A stretch of 64,000 nucleotides of DNA, from NCBI RefSeq assembly GCF_009914755.1, contig NC_060929.1, one strand, 5' to 3'. The notes under the pieces are model-generated. The model saw nothing but the letters and a program-made list of their open reading frames with translations. It made no database searches and was not told where the DNA came from. Positions 14,136 through 27,499 of this stretch are shown here, one piece after another. The stretch comes from the human T2T-CHM13v2.0 reference genome, Homo sapiens. Numbering within the stretch: position 1 is the stretch's first letter; each line of letters starts with the position of its first letter. A program made the position numbers and the translations under genes.

Positions 14136-14439
14136 ACTATCATAAACTTCTGCTTTTATTTGGCTGGTAATATGTACAAATGAATATTTCTGATTTGTTA
14201 GCTTTCTTGGCATATTTCTGTCTAATTTTTTTAATCTCTCCTCCTTCTTTTCAGATAAGAAAAACATGCTCTCTCTTCTCTAATGATTGGACAGACTCCT
14301 ACTCCAAAACAGAAGATCTCAACTCTGGAAGGTTAGGAAATCTGTGAGCAGAGGGGGCTGTTTTGCTTTATGTATGTATAATTTTTGGCAATTATTGCCC
14401 ATCCATGTGGCCAACTAAGGACTTTTATTATCTTCTTCT

Positions 14440-14770
14440 TCTGGGATCATCCTAACAGAGAACCTGAGGTTTGGGCTTGGGCACAGGTGGTTTATTTGGG
14501 AGTGCAGACAGTAAGACAGGGAGGAAATGGGAGTGATGATTCGTGAGTTATTGAGCTTTTGCCACTGAGGGAATTGGAGCTCGATCCTGCCAGGGACACT
14601 CAAGCATCACAGGGACATGCCTCAGAACTGCCCATCTAAAGAATGACACACTGCAGGTTTTAGTCACTAATTTTATTCTCCATTGGTTGAAGGTTTGTCC
14701 CAGAGGAAGTTTCTCCCAAACATTTCCAGGCTGCCCTGTCCTCAAGCTGAAAATGCTACATTGACTTTCC
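14440..14770. mobile_element. LTR16-like ERVL LTR fragment
   Basis: agaacctgagg...caggtggtttatttgggag and ctccattggttgaagg...catttccaggctgccc motifs. Confidence 0.55.
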
Positions 14771-14779
14771 AGAAAACTA

Positions 14780-15058
<279 letters not shown>

Positions 15059-15324
15059 TCACGTACATACACACAAAACTGAGGCAGAGGTGAGGGAAAC
15101 TCTTGGGGTGGGATGCTGTCAGCCCATATAGGAACTGCCTACCTGCTCTACATAAAGTCTGTGTGGGGACATGACCACAGGGCATGGGGTACCCAAAGCT
15201 GCAGTTCCCCGTGCCCCAGCACCACTTGGATCTATGCGTGATCACACTGAACTCACTCTATCTTAATCGTCAAGGTGGTGGCTGGCCACAGACTATTAAA
15301 AAGACATAAAATGATCGAGCAGTT

Positions 15325-15858
15325 TTACTTCTGATTATATACCCCAAAACTTAAAAGCAGGGACTCAAACAGATATTTATGCATTCATATTCATAGTAGC
15401 ATTGTTCAACAGCCAAGAGGTGGAGCAACTCAAGGGTCCATCAATGGATGAATGGATAAAACTATTCCATACAATGGAATATTTTCAGCATTGAAGAGAA
15501 AAGAAATTCTGACATGCGCTACACCCTGAATAAACTCTGAGGATATTATGCTAAGTGAACTAAGGAACTAAGCCAGTAACCAAAAGACAAATACCCTATG
15601 ATTCCACTTATATAAGGCACCTAGAATAGTCAAGTTCATAGAGACAGAATGTAGTATCGTGGTTGCCAGGGGCTGGGGGAGGGAATATAGGGGTTAGTGT
15701 TTAATGGGTGCAGAGTTTCTGTTGGGAAAGATGAAAAAGTTCTGGTGGTGGTGATGGTTGCACAACAATGTGAATGTACTTAATGTCACTGAACAGTGAA
15801 TTTAAAAAATGGTTACAATGGTAAATTTCGTGTTATGCATATGTTGCCACAATTTAGA
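15325..15858 (+). mobile_element. L1MB-type 3' end
   Basis: aaagcagggactcaaacagatattt...gaaattctgacat...gttcatagagacaga...ggtaaatttcgtgttatgcatatgttgccacaattt. Confidence 0.88.
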
Positions 15859-18800
15859 AGACATCAAAGAAGGGAATTTCTAGAATAAGCTACAGTCTCC
15901 ATTGCTGGGGTTGTCTCAGGTTGTAACTGACATTTGTCTCTCCCTTTTCCACATTTGCTGCTTGCATTGGCCTCATCTCTTCTGTCTGAGTCTGGTCTTT
16001 GATTCCATTTCTCTTTGTAGGCTGTGGTTACTGTAATTGCCTCTCCCCTGTGGCCACAGGGCAGAGAGGCACCAAGAGGTACCTCAGGACTCCCTGCCTG
16101 ACCTCAGATATTCTTCTCCTCCCTGCTGTGCTTTTAAGCAGAAATTCTAGACCAAGCTATCATCATCATCGCAGCCTTTTGCCATCATTTGCCAGTAGGA
16201 GAGCTCTCTTCTTTATTTGCTGTAAATTCCTTTCAGGGTCATGCCAGCTAGCCATTTCAAGCCAAGTGTTTGCATTTTCTGATCTCACTCAAAGATCATG
16301 TGAGCAAGAAGTCAGGGAAAGCTCTGTATCTAAAACAAGTCTCAATTCTTCAGTTTCTCACTCCATGGGATCCTTGGATTCGGAAGTCCTCAGCAATGGC
16401 TCAGAGATGGAAAAGGAAAAGGCGCATAGTCTATGGACTAGGAAGTACTGGGATGTTTCACATGAAGTTTGTAATTTTAAGGATATTGGGGTGGTATGGA
16501 TGGTCAGGAGAAGGTGGGGCTGGGGAAGGAAAGTGAGTGTACAAACAGGAGGGTGAGGCAGTTGTAAGTTTCATACTTTTTTATTGCCTTTATCTAAAGA
16601 GTCCTTTTGGAGGCAATTCTAGAATTCGAACTTTATTTGGAAGGTTCCTTATACATACGAGATTTTGAATTACCCAGATGAATTTGTATATGGGATACAA
16701 ATTACCCAGATGGGTCTATCTGGTGGGATCTTCTTGCAATTTGTGTCTATGACCATCTTGTCATATGTGCAATATTATGTCAAGAGTTCTAACACATAGA
16801 GCACTGTCCAGCAGTAGGAGTTATCCAATAAATATTTGTTGAATTAAGATGCAAAGAGCATGAGTATCACATTGTCAAGCTCAAATCTACAACCAGACCC
16901 CCCAAAAGCCACTCAACTTGCAAGAATCTTGACATCTTGACCTGGATGTGCCACAAGGAACATGTAATCACAGTTGAGTGACAAGCCAGCCCCAGATGTT
17001 CCACAGCAAGGATTGCGGAGTCTAGGCATCTCTAAAGAGCCCTGTCCTTCTGAGTCCTCATCTGCTGTGAGTTAGTCTTTCACAGAGAGCCTGCCCCCAT
17101 CCTGGCTCATGAGGACACACTGATGGTCCCTCCCCTTCGCATACCGTCAGTCATTCCTCTGGCTGGAACATCCAATACGATGTTTCTTGCTCTATCTTCT
17201 CACAGGCATCTAGGTTTTAACTTGGAAATACCTTTGGGGATGCAGAGAAACTGCCTCTCTGTCTCTTGTGCCCCATTTCCTCCCACACAGAGAGAATCTA
17301 TCTATTTCACTGAAAATAATGGAGTCTGACACACATTAGCTCCCACACCTTAAAATATCCGTCTTCTTTGTGTCCTTAAATAGGTACTTGTCAAAACAAT
17401 ATAGGTAACATTGAGAAACAGTCATTATGAAAAATTAGAGTAGAGCACTAAAATCATGGGATTCATATCCCAGCATCTCCCCTTTGACAGGTTTGGGGAA
17501 TCTTTCCATCTGATGCTGTGCTGTGGTTTCAGAGAAAAACCACCACGATTTCCTGTGTGCAACTCTGTCCCGGGTTCCCCCTGCTAGCCTGTAGGTTGCC
17601 TTCACCAAGGTCCTGAAGGTCAGGAGTCTCTTTTGTGGTCTCTCTGCCCTCAACTAAATGTTCTGTAAATAATTAGAGACCTAAGTCTTGACAATAATAA
17701 AGCAGCCTTATCCCATGGGTAGAACTAATGAGCAGAGCTCGGTCTTGCTAATGATTAAGTCTGAAATGCACCAGTGGGGGAAGGGGGCCTGGAATTCTTG
17801 TCTAATATTGATATTTATGGCCCTTTGTTTTCCAGAGAACAGATGCCTTCCACTGTGTGAGCGTAAATTCAGAGCCTTCCAACTTGACATTCTCATCGAC
17901 AAATTATTTAAACATGACGGCTCTTTTATAAAGAGTGTTATCTTAAAAGGAAAGGAATCAAAGGGCTGAACATGTTGAAGGTGAATTTAAAAGCCTGGTT
18001 GCTGTTGATGGTGATGGCCCAAATGGGATAAAGCTGGCTCCCATGTTAAGTGGCTGCATCCATGAATATTCATGCAACACTGTTATGAGAACACTCACAC
18101 CACAGAGGGGACCTTCATGGATGAACCCCCAGAGTCAGACCCCCAGGCCCCTATCCTGGCAGCTCCTTGACGCTGGTTCCCAGCCTTAATTGTCTTGTCT
18201 TTCAGTGAGAAAATAAAAGCTGCACCTGTTTTCCTCCCTCCTTCCCTGGGGTTTTTGTGCAGATCGATAAGATCAATTCCTGGATCTTGCTGTGAGTCTC
18301 TTGAGACAAGACCTGCGATTAATATTAGCGACTGTTATTTTAAAGACCTGTCTTTTTTTTTCTTTGAGGAGCTGGCCTAATGGATACACTTTTAGCATGA
18401 CCTGCCAACCTTCCTCAAAAGCAAATCGAAATCGATTTTTGGCTAAACATACATTTGATAATTTAGTATATCTTTTAAAATAATTAGAGATATCCTGGGG
18501 AGTCAAAAAAAGTAGACGTGAAGTTGGCCTGTCCCGGATTGAAACTCTGACAGCAGCCACCTCTCACCCATGCCCCCTGCACCGTTGGAAATGAGGAAAG
18601 AGGGGTGATGGTGCTTCCTTTCACAGCACCTTGTTCTGGGATCTGGGGCCAGGTGATCAGTTTCTCTGTGGCCCGAGTCTTCCACCTGAGGAGTGGGGAT
18701 TATAGATTCTGACTTAGAGGAGGAAAAAATAATAGTTTTTGAAATACAATGTTATGATAGGAATACTTTATTTCACATTGACAGAGAAATATACAGTTGT

Positions 18801-20128
18801 CAATATATTTTCCTGTGATTGTTCCTCAAACCTTATCAAATAGTTACAGCAGTAATGTCATCTCTATTTTAGGGAGGAGAAACAAGACCCCCAGGACTTG
18901 TCAATGGCACACATGAAAGACAGAAAACACCAGAAGCCAGTCTTCAGCCTGCTGGCCCAGCCATGGCCACTGTAACGTACGGCTAAACCCCTGCCCCGAT
19001 CAGCTCTCAAGGCTCTGAGCCAACTGCCTAGACCGTCTATTTGAGATCCCTGAGAGTTTCAACACAGGGCATGGCTGACCTCTCCACCGTGTCATTTCCA
19101 GTAATGCGGCCTCACTGATAGCAGAAGTTCGGAGAGCTCTTGTCAGAGAGGCCAGCTGGCACCATGTGAGTCTTACCCAGAGGGAAACCTGACAATCTTC
19201 CAGCATGCTCACCAGACTGGGGCACTGACTTTTGTCACTTGATTCTCAACTCACAGTCTCAAGATGCTGGTGCTAATGTACATTGCAGCTGACACTGGAG
19301 TTTATTTTTATAACTGCTCTTGCCTCAGAAAAAGCTCCATCCCAGTACGACTTCCAGGACAGGGATGGTCTGGATGCTGCAGTTAGGACAATGATCATCT
19401 CGTTCTCTTAGTGGTTAGGAATCCTGTGGGCTTATGGAATAAGCTCGCTGAAACAGACAGTGACATCCACGGTGACACTGACCGAATTGTGCTCCAGTGG
19501 CCTAGAGAGTGCCTATTATTTATCTCATTTCTGTTCTGCATAATAACACCAACCAAACCGCTAATGAATGAATATTATTACATGCTTTGGTAGGAACGCA
19601 AAGGCAAATTGGGCTCACTGTAGAGAATATCTTGCTCCTCATTTTGTATTAAAATGCCTAGACGCCCCTCAAGAGACCATGTCAAGGATGAAATTTATCC
19701 ACTGCCTGCATTTGCTAATTTGAAAGAGTTCTGATTTCATCTGCCGGGCTTAATATAGAAATTCTTTTAACCTGAACAGATACACAGAAATGTGGAATTT
19801 ATTCAATGCCATTTTCTTGATTTATGTCAGGAAATATATATGGCTATGCTGTCATCTTTTTATATATAGACATCAATATATATAAATATATAGAGTCAAG
19901 TCAGAAATTCTGAAACCACATTGCACTTAGCCCTTACAGCATAATGCTTTCCATATTCTTCACAGTTTGTTTCCCTGATCCTTTAGAGAGAGCTACTGTG
20001 TTTAAAGTGTAAACCATTTTTACAGAAAAAATGTATTACAATTCTATATGATAATTCTCAAAGTTCAGGAAAATAATCTGAAATAAACATTCTAAATTGA
20101 GGAATGAATAATAAAGACTCATCAATTG

Positions 20129-20472
<344 letters not shown>

Positions 20473-21289
20473 CTAAGGAACCCAGTTCTGTGGGTTCTCA
20501 GGCAATGACTGGGACAGGGGCCATAAGAATAGCACAACTATTACTGCAGAATTGCGTCCCTTAAATAAGAATTTCACCAGATTCTGGGGCCCCTGAACTC
20601 TCATCCTGCAGCTGTGCCTTGTTTGCTGGATCTTCCAGCCCCAGCTTGAACTGAGACACAGGGACGGCCATCACGGGGAAGAGGGGGCAGGAGCGTGTCC
20701 TCTTCACAGCAGTGCCCATCAGTGAGTGAGCCTTGCTTTGAAACCTGTGTCTAATGCATGTCTGTTCCTGGAAAGTGGTGGTTTAGGAGCAGGTAAGCCA
20801 CTCTGCTACCCCAGTCTGTTATTTATAATGGTTTGAGTGTGAAATCAGAAAGATGCTTTTGCTGTTGTTGGCATTTCTCAGATTTGGCTATAAAAATAGA
20901 AAAAAACCCTCTATTTTCTGCTATTCTGTTTACCACCACTTGGTGAGTTTTAATGAAAAACTGCAAGAAAGCACATATGTGGAAACTGGAGTTGAGCAAC
21001 ACAAGGTATCAAATGCAAGAAGTTCCGAGGATGGTGAAGGTATAGCCAGGCCTCAAAGCAATGCATCTTAAGATAATAATACAGCCCTTTCTATTTTAAC
21101 ACCAGTAGAAACTTTACAAAACCTCTCAGTGACCTTTGTTGGAATGTATTAAGGAGATCACTGGCAGTGAATTGTTTCCCTGACATATTTATGAATATGT
21201 CGTCCTCAGGAATGAACATAGCACCAGATACCCGTAAAGTTTGTGGTTCATAATAAGACAAAATTGGTGACCCCAGCCTCAGTGGCAGA

Positions 21290-22233
21290 CAGTTTCCTAT
21301 GGTTGCTGTGACAAATTCTCACAAGCTGGGTGGCTTAAACAATGCAAATTCACTATTTTACAGTTCTAGAGAAAAGAAGTAGGAATTGGGTCTTATTGGG
21401 ATGAAGTGAAGGCTCTGGCGGTGCTATGTTTCTTCTAGAGGCTCTTAGGGAGTGCACTAGATTGAATCATGCCTCTTCCAAATTTATGTCAACCTGGAAT
21501 CTCAGATGTAATTAGGGAAGTTAAGATGCAGCCACAGTGGATTAGAGTGAGCCATAATTCAATGACTGATGTCTTTATAAGAAGATAAAACAGAGAAACA
21601 GAGATGCAGATAGACTCAGGGAGGAGGTCATGGGACAAGGAAGCCAGAGGTTAGAGAGATGCGTCTACAAGTCTAGGAGCATCAAGAATCACCAGCAACC
21701 ACCAAATGCCAGAAGAGGCAAGAAAGCGCCATCCCCTAGAGTCTGTCAAGATAGGAGGGCCCTGCTGTCACCTTGACTGTGGTCTTCTGGCCTCCAGAAC
21801 TATAAGAAGATTAATTTCTGTTGCTTTAAGCTGCCATGTTTGTGGTAAGTGGTTGTGACGGTCCCTAGGAAAGGAACACAGGGAGAATGTAGTCCTTGCC
21901 ATTTCTAGCTCCTAGAGGCTTCTGCCTTCCATGGTTCCCGGTCGCCTCTGCCACCTTCACAATCAGTGGTGATGGCTGAGTCCTTCTCACAGCACATGTC
22001 TCTGACCTGCGTCTGTCATCATATCTACCTCTGACCAGAACCAGGAAAAGTTGGACTCATGTAACTAGATTGAGCCCACCTGACTAATTCAGGATAATCT
22101 CCCCATCTCAAGGCCGTAACCTTAATCCCACCTACAAAATCCCTTTTGCACACAAGGTGACATGCTTACAGCTGCCAGGGATTAGATCATGGACACCTTC
22201 ATAGGGGCGGAGGGGATTATTCTGTCTACCACA
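21290..22233 (-). mobile_element. MLT1D-like LTR split by a nested MLT1 LTR
   Basis: agtttcctatggttgctgtgacaaatt...ggtggcttaaacaa; ends ggattattctgtctaccaca. Confidence 0.8.
21453..21880 (+). mobile_element. MLT1C/B-like solo LTR nested in opposite orientation
   Basis: tg...ca termini; ttctggcctccagaactataaga; exact 5-bp TSD gggag at 21448-21452 and 21881-21885. Confidence 0.85.
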
Positions 22234-23011
22234 GATGGCAGGACATAATATACTGTATTAAAGTCAAAACAGTGAATAATATGATTTAAGAAAGGCTAAA
22301 ACCAGTAAACAATTGACTACCTATTTTATCTAAGGATGAGTATTCGGTGGGAGGAGAACAATAAAAAGTAAAAAGTTGAATAAGGCAATTCTCCACCTTT
22401 AACAAGTCGTATTCCAATGCAGGAAATAGATATGATAAGTGAATCTTATAATAGTAATGATGTCATTTATTACTGAACTAAAAAAAAAAAAAGCACAGGG
22501 GAAGCTCTGAAACATCTCATAGCCTTTTTTATGGAAGCCCATGAGACAGGATCCCAGCAATGAATCAAGCTATCTGGAGCTCTGTGATGCTCCAAGCAGA
22601 GGTGTCTGGGCAGAGAGCAGAGAAGAGCTCATGCTGGAGATGGTTTCCTCGAGAAGACATCTTTTGAAATGGGTCTTGAGTGATGTGTGTGGCTTAAACA
22701 GAAGAGAAAATGGGATTCCAGACAGCCAGGCCAGTGTGAGCAAAGGCACTGAGGAGCAAACATTCCAGGAACACAAGAAGACCCTGTGGGACTTTAAACA
22801 GCCTTTGGCTTTATAATGAACGTGAAGCTTAATTTGCTTTGCCTACCAGTGGCCACGGAGGCCGAAGACAGCTGTTCTAAGTGGTTTTCTGTTTGTTTTT
22901 ATTGACCATTGAGATGCTCAGACCATGGCAGACTGCAGTTGCTTCCCAAAACCAAATCCAGCATTTTTTCCTCTTTAGATTGTTTTTCATTTGCTTTAAA
23001 AGTAAATTAGA

Positions 23012-23121
23012 GGTGCACTTGGTCTCTCATGGCACCCACTCGGCCCTCTTCCAAGGGTACTTTCCTTCCTTTCATTACTGCTCTAAAGCTTTTTAATAAA
23101 CTTTCACCCTGATCAAAAAAA
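23012..23121 (+). mobile_element. Retroposed 3' end of a polyadenylated LTR-like transcript
   Basis: AATAAA at 23095-23100, A tail from 23115, 14-bp TSD aaaagtaaattaga at 22998-23011 and 23122-23135. Confidence 0.8.
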
Positions 23122-25589
23122 AAAAGTAAATTAGAATTTAGAGAATGATAAAACAGCAATGTACAGCACTGATGGAGCTAAAAAAAATGCATTACTTGTA
23201 CCTTTGAGCCTTTAGTTTGTGAGTCGACTGGAAAAGAATGAGCTTGTGAGAGGAGTTATCTCTGACACTGGTTAGAAATGAGACCTTCGTTCCATATTTA
23301 TTTAGGTAATTGTGAAAGGTTTTTGGGACATCTGCCACTAAGCAGATACAGGTTCAAATCTAAAAATAGGTGGGAAAGAGGGGGCCCGTAGGGCACGGCA
23401 GATGTGGAACCCAAATACCACCCACTAACCCCCTAACCCACCCAGGGGTGCCATCAACCTGAAAGCCTCCCCCAAACCTGACCTGGCCTTGGAAGCCTCC
23501 CAGCACAGCTGGCTTCACCATAAGCCCCAGGAAAATGAAGTCTGTTGGTGTCTTGTACTTGGGAGGTCACTGGGAACCATTACTGTCAGCTTTCTTTCAG
23601 ATCAAGCAAAATGGACAATCCAAGTCCAGGCCAAACAGAAACTAGAAAAGTTGCCTCAAGCCCTAGGTCCTACAAATACCTTTCACTGTGGAGGTGGTTT
23701 TCTTTAGGTACCTTGCTAATATGGAAATATATTTCAAAGTCAGTCGACCCTGAATGGGTTTTCAAGGCTCCTAAATGATTATGTAAATTTTAGATAAACA
23801 CAGTTAATGTAATGAGTCCGATATCCCCTATGTTACTTCAGGCTGCGGTTCTATAAACCTCTAGGGGATATTGTCTGGGAGTCTCATTCTGAAACAAAAA
23901 GATAATTTTGTATGTCAGTGAAATTCACTATACCTGCTCCATGAGGAGAGCAAAAGCCTAGATTTCCAAGTGGGGTGTAGTGCCCCTTCCTGGAAAAGTA
24001 TGACTGTTCTTGGCCACCTGGTGTGGCTTTTATTTTGAGTCAGGCACCCTCATGGGTAGAGCAGCAGCCTTCACAAATAAGCATCCTGAGGTATTCACAG
24101 GCATTAAGGATAAGACAATTCAACAGATGGGAATACAAAAGAACATCAAGACAAAACAAACATAAAGTGAATCAAGAGATTAATTTTAAAAATAAATAGA
24201 AAGACAAGGAGTGGTTGCGAGATAGGAGGTTTCCCCACTGTGAAAGATCATCATGTACTTCCCAAACTCTGAATGCGTGAAGAGTGAGGTGCGCGAGGCA
24301 TACATGGGTGGCGGATGACATCATTTTCCACACTGGAGCTCTGCTGCTGCACTCTGAAAGATTCATTTCTGAATGGAGAGACGCTTCGGGTCTCCTATAC
24401 CACTCTCAAAGGCCTGAAGGCCAGGAAGAACCGTTCCAACCAGACCAGTCCTCCCAGGGGTCTTCCAGGATGTCAGGAACGGGGAGGGTAGAGCTTCAGA
24501 GGGCTGCAGGTAGAACTGAACCTTCTGCCCGCTCTGAGCAGGTGATACACTTGGGATGCAGAAATGCCACCTGCTCTTGGCCGTCAGCACAGAACCCCAC
24601 CCACCCACCAGACCACAGAAGGAGGGAACTGGAATCCAGGTAAGTGGCATGAGTGGCTATTGTGTTTGCCTCTCTGTTGTGCGTTCTCTTAATTCAGTGT
24701 ATCTCTTTCCCATTTCCTAATAATCATAGAATATTTGGGAGTTCTTAGCCCAGTGAGACTTCAACAGTCCTGGCCTGGGGGCACTCCCTGCTCTGTGCTG
24801 CCTGGCACCTTGTCCTTCACCCTGTCATCCTCACCCTTGAGCAGTCGGCACCATTGCTGGCGTCCTCCCATGTCCTGGCCCTGTCAGCCACGGTCACAGG
24901 GAAGAGGGGATGCTGCAGTCTCTGAGCCCAGTCTAGGGACAGATTCTAGGCTGGATATAGTATCTTTCAACCCCCAGGAAATACCCCAGTTTTTCTGGTT
25001 TGCTGTGTTCATAAATCATGGAAAGACGGGGCCTTGAATGGCTCTTCCTGGCTTTGCCTTGGTCAGGTTTTCTTTCCCCAAGCTCTTCTTTTAGGACTGT
25101 TGTGAGCTTTTGTGAAAACACAGCTCTAAGCACTGGCACTTGGCTGTGGGACACCAGGGTCATGCCAGTCAGACTGCTCTGGGCCTCACATCTAAGGAGA
25201 ACAGGAGCGCTGTGGGAGTTGGCAGAGCTGGCAGCCGTGTCAAACCCACCACTGCCCTGTTGACAAATAAGGAAATGCTTCCCTTATCATGTGTTTTCTC
25301 AGCTGGCAGAGGGACCCGGACAGATGTCTGCATTGTCTGTGCAGTGGGATGGAGGCTGGCTGGGAGCTGTGTCCACCCCAGGCCTGCAGCTACTTGCACA
25401 ACGCCCAGGCCTAGACCCTATATCTAAGTGGCAGCCACGCACCAAGGAGGGTGTAGTGGTGAGGGGAGTGGCTGCCCACTGAGGGTGGCTCTAACCATGG
25501 CAGGGCACCTTGGAGGAGACCTATGTGCCTGCCCATCTCTCTGTGGGCCCTGTCATGTTATTCTCATTCTCTTTGTGAGTTTTGTGTGT

Positions 25590-25888
25590 CTTCTAGAACA
25601 AATCACCAGAGATTACATGGTCTAAAATGACAGAGATTTATTCTCACACATATCTGGAGGCCAGTATTCCAAAATCAAGGTGTCAGCAGGGCTGTTCCCC
25701 TTCCATAAGCTCAAGAGGAGAATCTGTCCCTTGCCTTTTTCAGTTTGTGGTGGCTGCTGGCAACCCTTGGCTTATGGTCACATCATTCCCGTCTCCGTCG
25801 CCTCTGTGGTCACGGTGCCTCTTCCTCCTTCTGTGCTGAACCTTCCTGGATCTCTCTCATATGGGGATACTTGTGATTACATTTATGG
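25590..25888 (-). mobile_element. MLT1C/D-like LTR fragment
   Basis: acagagatttattctcacac..tctggaggccag...aaatcaaggtgtcagcagggc...ggataatccag. Confidence 0.8.
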
Positions 25889-26039
25889 CCCACTAGGATA
25901 ATCCAGACTGGAAAAAGGGCATGCTCCTTGCTTAGGATCCTTCCTGGTCCTTAGACATGTTTCACTCATTCACGTCTCCTAAGGCTTTTGGCTTGACTTT
26001 GCCACCTAGGCTCTTAGCTCTGCCATTTGGTCACAGCTA

Positions 26040-26139
26040 AAAAATACCTTTACATCAACATCTAGACAAGTGTTTGACCATTAACACTGGGCATTGCAGC
26101 CTAACCAAGCTGACACATAAAACTGAGCATCCCATCACA
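26040..26139 (-). mobile_element. MLT2-type LTR terminal fragment
   Basis: aaaatacctttaca.caacatctagac..gtgtttgacca...agcctaaccaagctgacacataaaact...catcaca. Confidence 0.65.
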
Positions 26140-26889
26140 CTCCACTAACTTCGGATGAGTCTGAGTTTGCACCAAACTGTGCACACGGCTGCAGCTGCAA
26201 TGCGAGTTGTGCTGAGTGAGAATCCATGAAAAAAAGAGGTGCAATGGAAGCCACCCCATCCACTTCAGCCAGTGCTCTTGTTTTTTTTTTTCGTAGATTT
26301 CCTATACTGGGACTTAGTAAAACCTTGTGTTAAGATGGGTGGAAATATTTGGAGAGATAAAAGAGAAAAATGATAAATAAAAAATGTTTGCATACTACTT
26401 ATGCCCTGGATCACTGATTTTCAAAGAGTAAGCCTGCAGTAAATCTGATTTCCCTGTGTGCTCAGCTATGCTGGTAGATTTTAAGTCACTTATTTAAATA
26501 CATCTGCTTGTCTCTCTCCAGCGTGCGTCCATGCACACACAGACACCCCATAGGGAATCTAGTAATAGAAGTCGTCACTCCTAGGAACCCGGAGCCTGGT
26601 GCGGTTCTCCAGTCCCAGCCTTCTCATTTCTAAGTTCCTGGTTGTGACCCAGTTATGCACTAACAAAGAGAGCTTCCTGGACCCTGAGAACTGCTGGGAC
26701 GGTGAAATTCTTACAAATGTGGCCAGTCTGCTGCCATGTGTATACTTGAAAAAGTTCCTGAATAGGCCTCCCTTAAGCAGAGATACTCAGTAGTTACCAG
26801 GAAAGAATATAAAACATGAAGCTAACAGCGGTTACGCCCAAAGGAAGGCATGTGTTCAAATTACAGAGGAGGTCCTGTTCTTCCTTGGT

Positions 26890-27308
26890 GCTATGGGTTG
26901 AGTTGTGTCCCCCCAAAAGATATGTTGAAGCTCCAAGCCCCAGCACCTGATAATGTGGCCTCGCTTGGAAATAATGTCAGTGCATTTTTCACTAGTTAGT
27001 ATGAGGTCATACTGGATGAAGGGGAGCCCTTAATCCAATGTGACTGTTGCCCTTATACAAAGAAGACAAGAAGAAAAGAGGTAAGATGGCAACGTGAAGA
27101 TAAAGTCAGACAGTGGAGTGACTCAGCTGCAAGCCAGGAAACCCCGGAGAGCAATGGCCATGGCCGGAAATGAAGAAGAGGCAAGGAAGGACCCTCCCCT
27201 CCATCCTTCAGGGGGAACAAGGCCCTCTGATGCCTTGATTGGACTTCAGGCTCCAGACCAGTGAGATAATACATTTCTACCTTTTTAAACCACACAATTT
27301 GTGGTTTA
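26890..27308 (+). mobile_element. MLT1B/C-like LTR, 3'-truncated
   Basis: tgctatgggttgagttgtgtccccccaaaagatatgttgaag...; stops after ccacacaatttgtggt, lacking the normal ...taataca end. Confidence 0.85.
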
Positions 27309-27310
27309 AA

Positions 27311-27499
27311 CTCTCTCCCTCCCGTGTAACTGGGATTACAGGCACCTGCCACCATGCCTGGCTAATTTTTATATGTTTTGGTAGAGATGGGGTTTCACCA
27401 TGTTGGCCAGGCTGGTCTTGAACTCCTGACCTCATGTGATCCACCCGCCTTGGCTCCCCCAAGTGCTGTGACTACAGGCATGAGCCACCGTGCCCAGCC
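27311..27499 (-). mobile_element. Partial Alu, inverted duplicate of the Alu at 28287
   Basis: No tail; shares non-consensus variants and 5' flank with 28259-28484. Confidence 0.9.
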
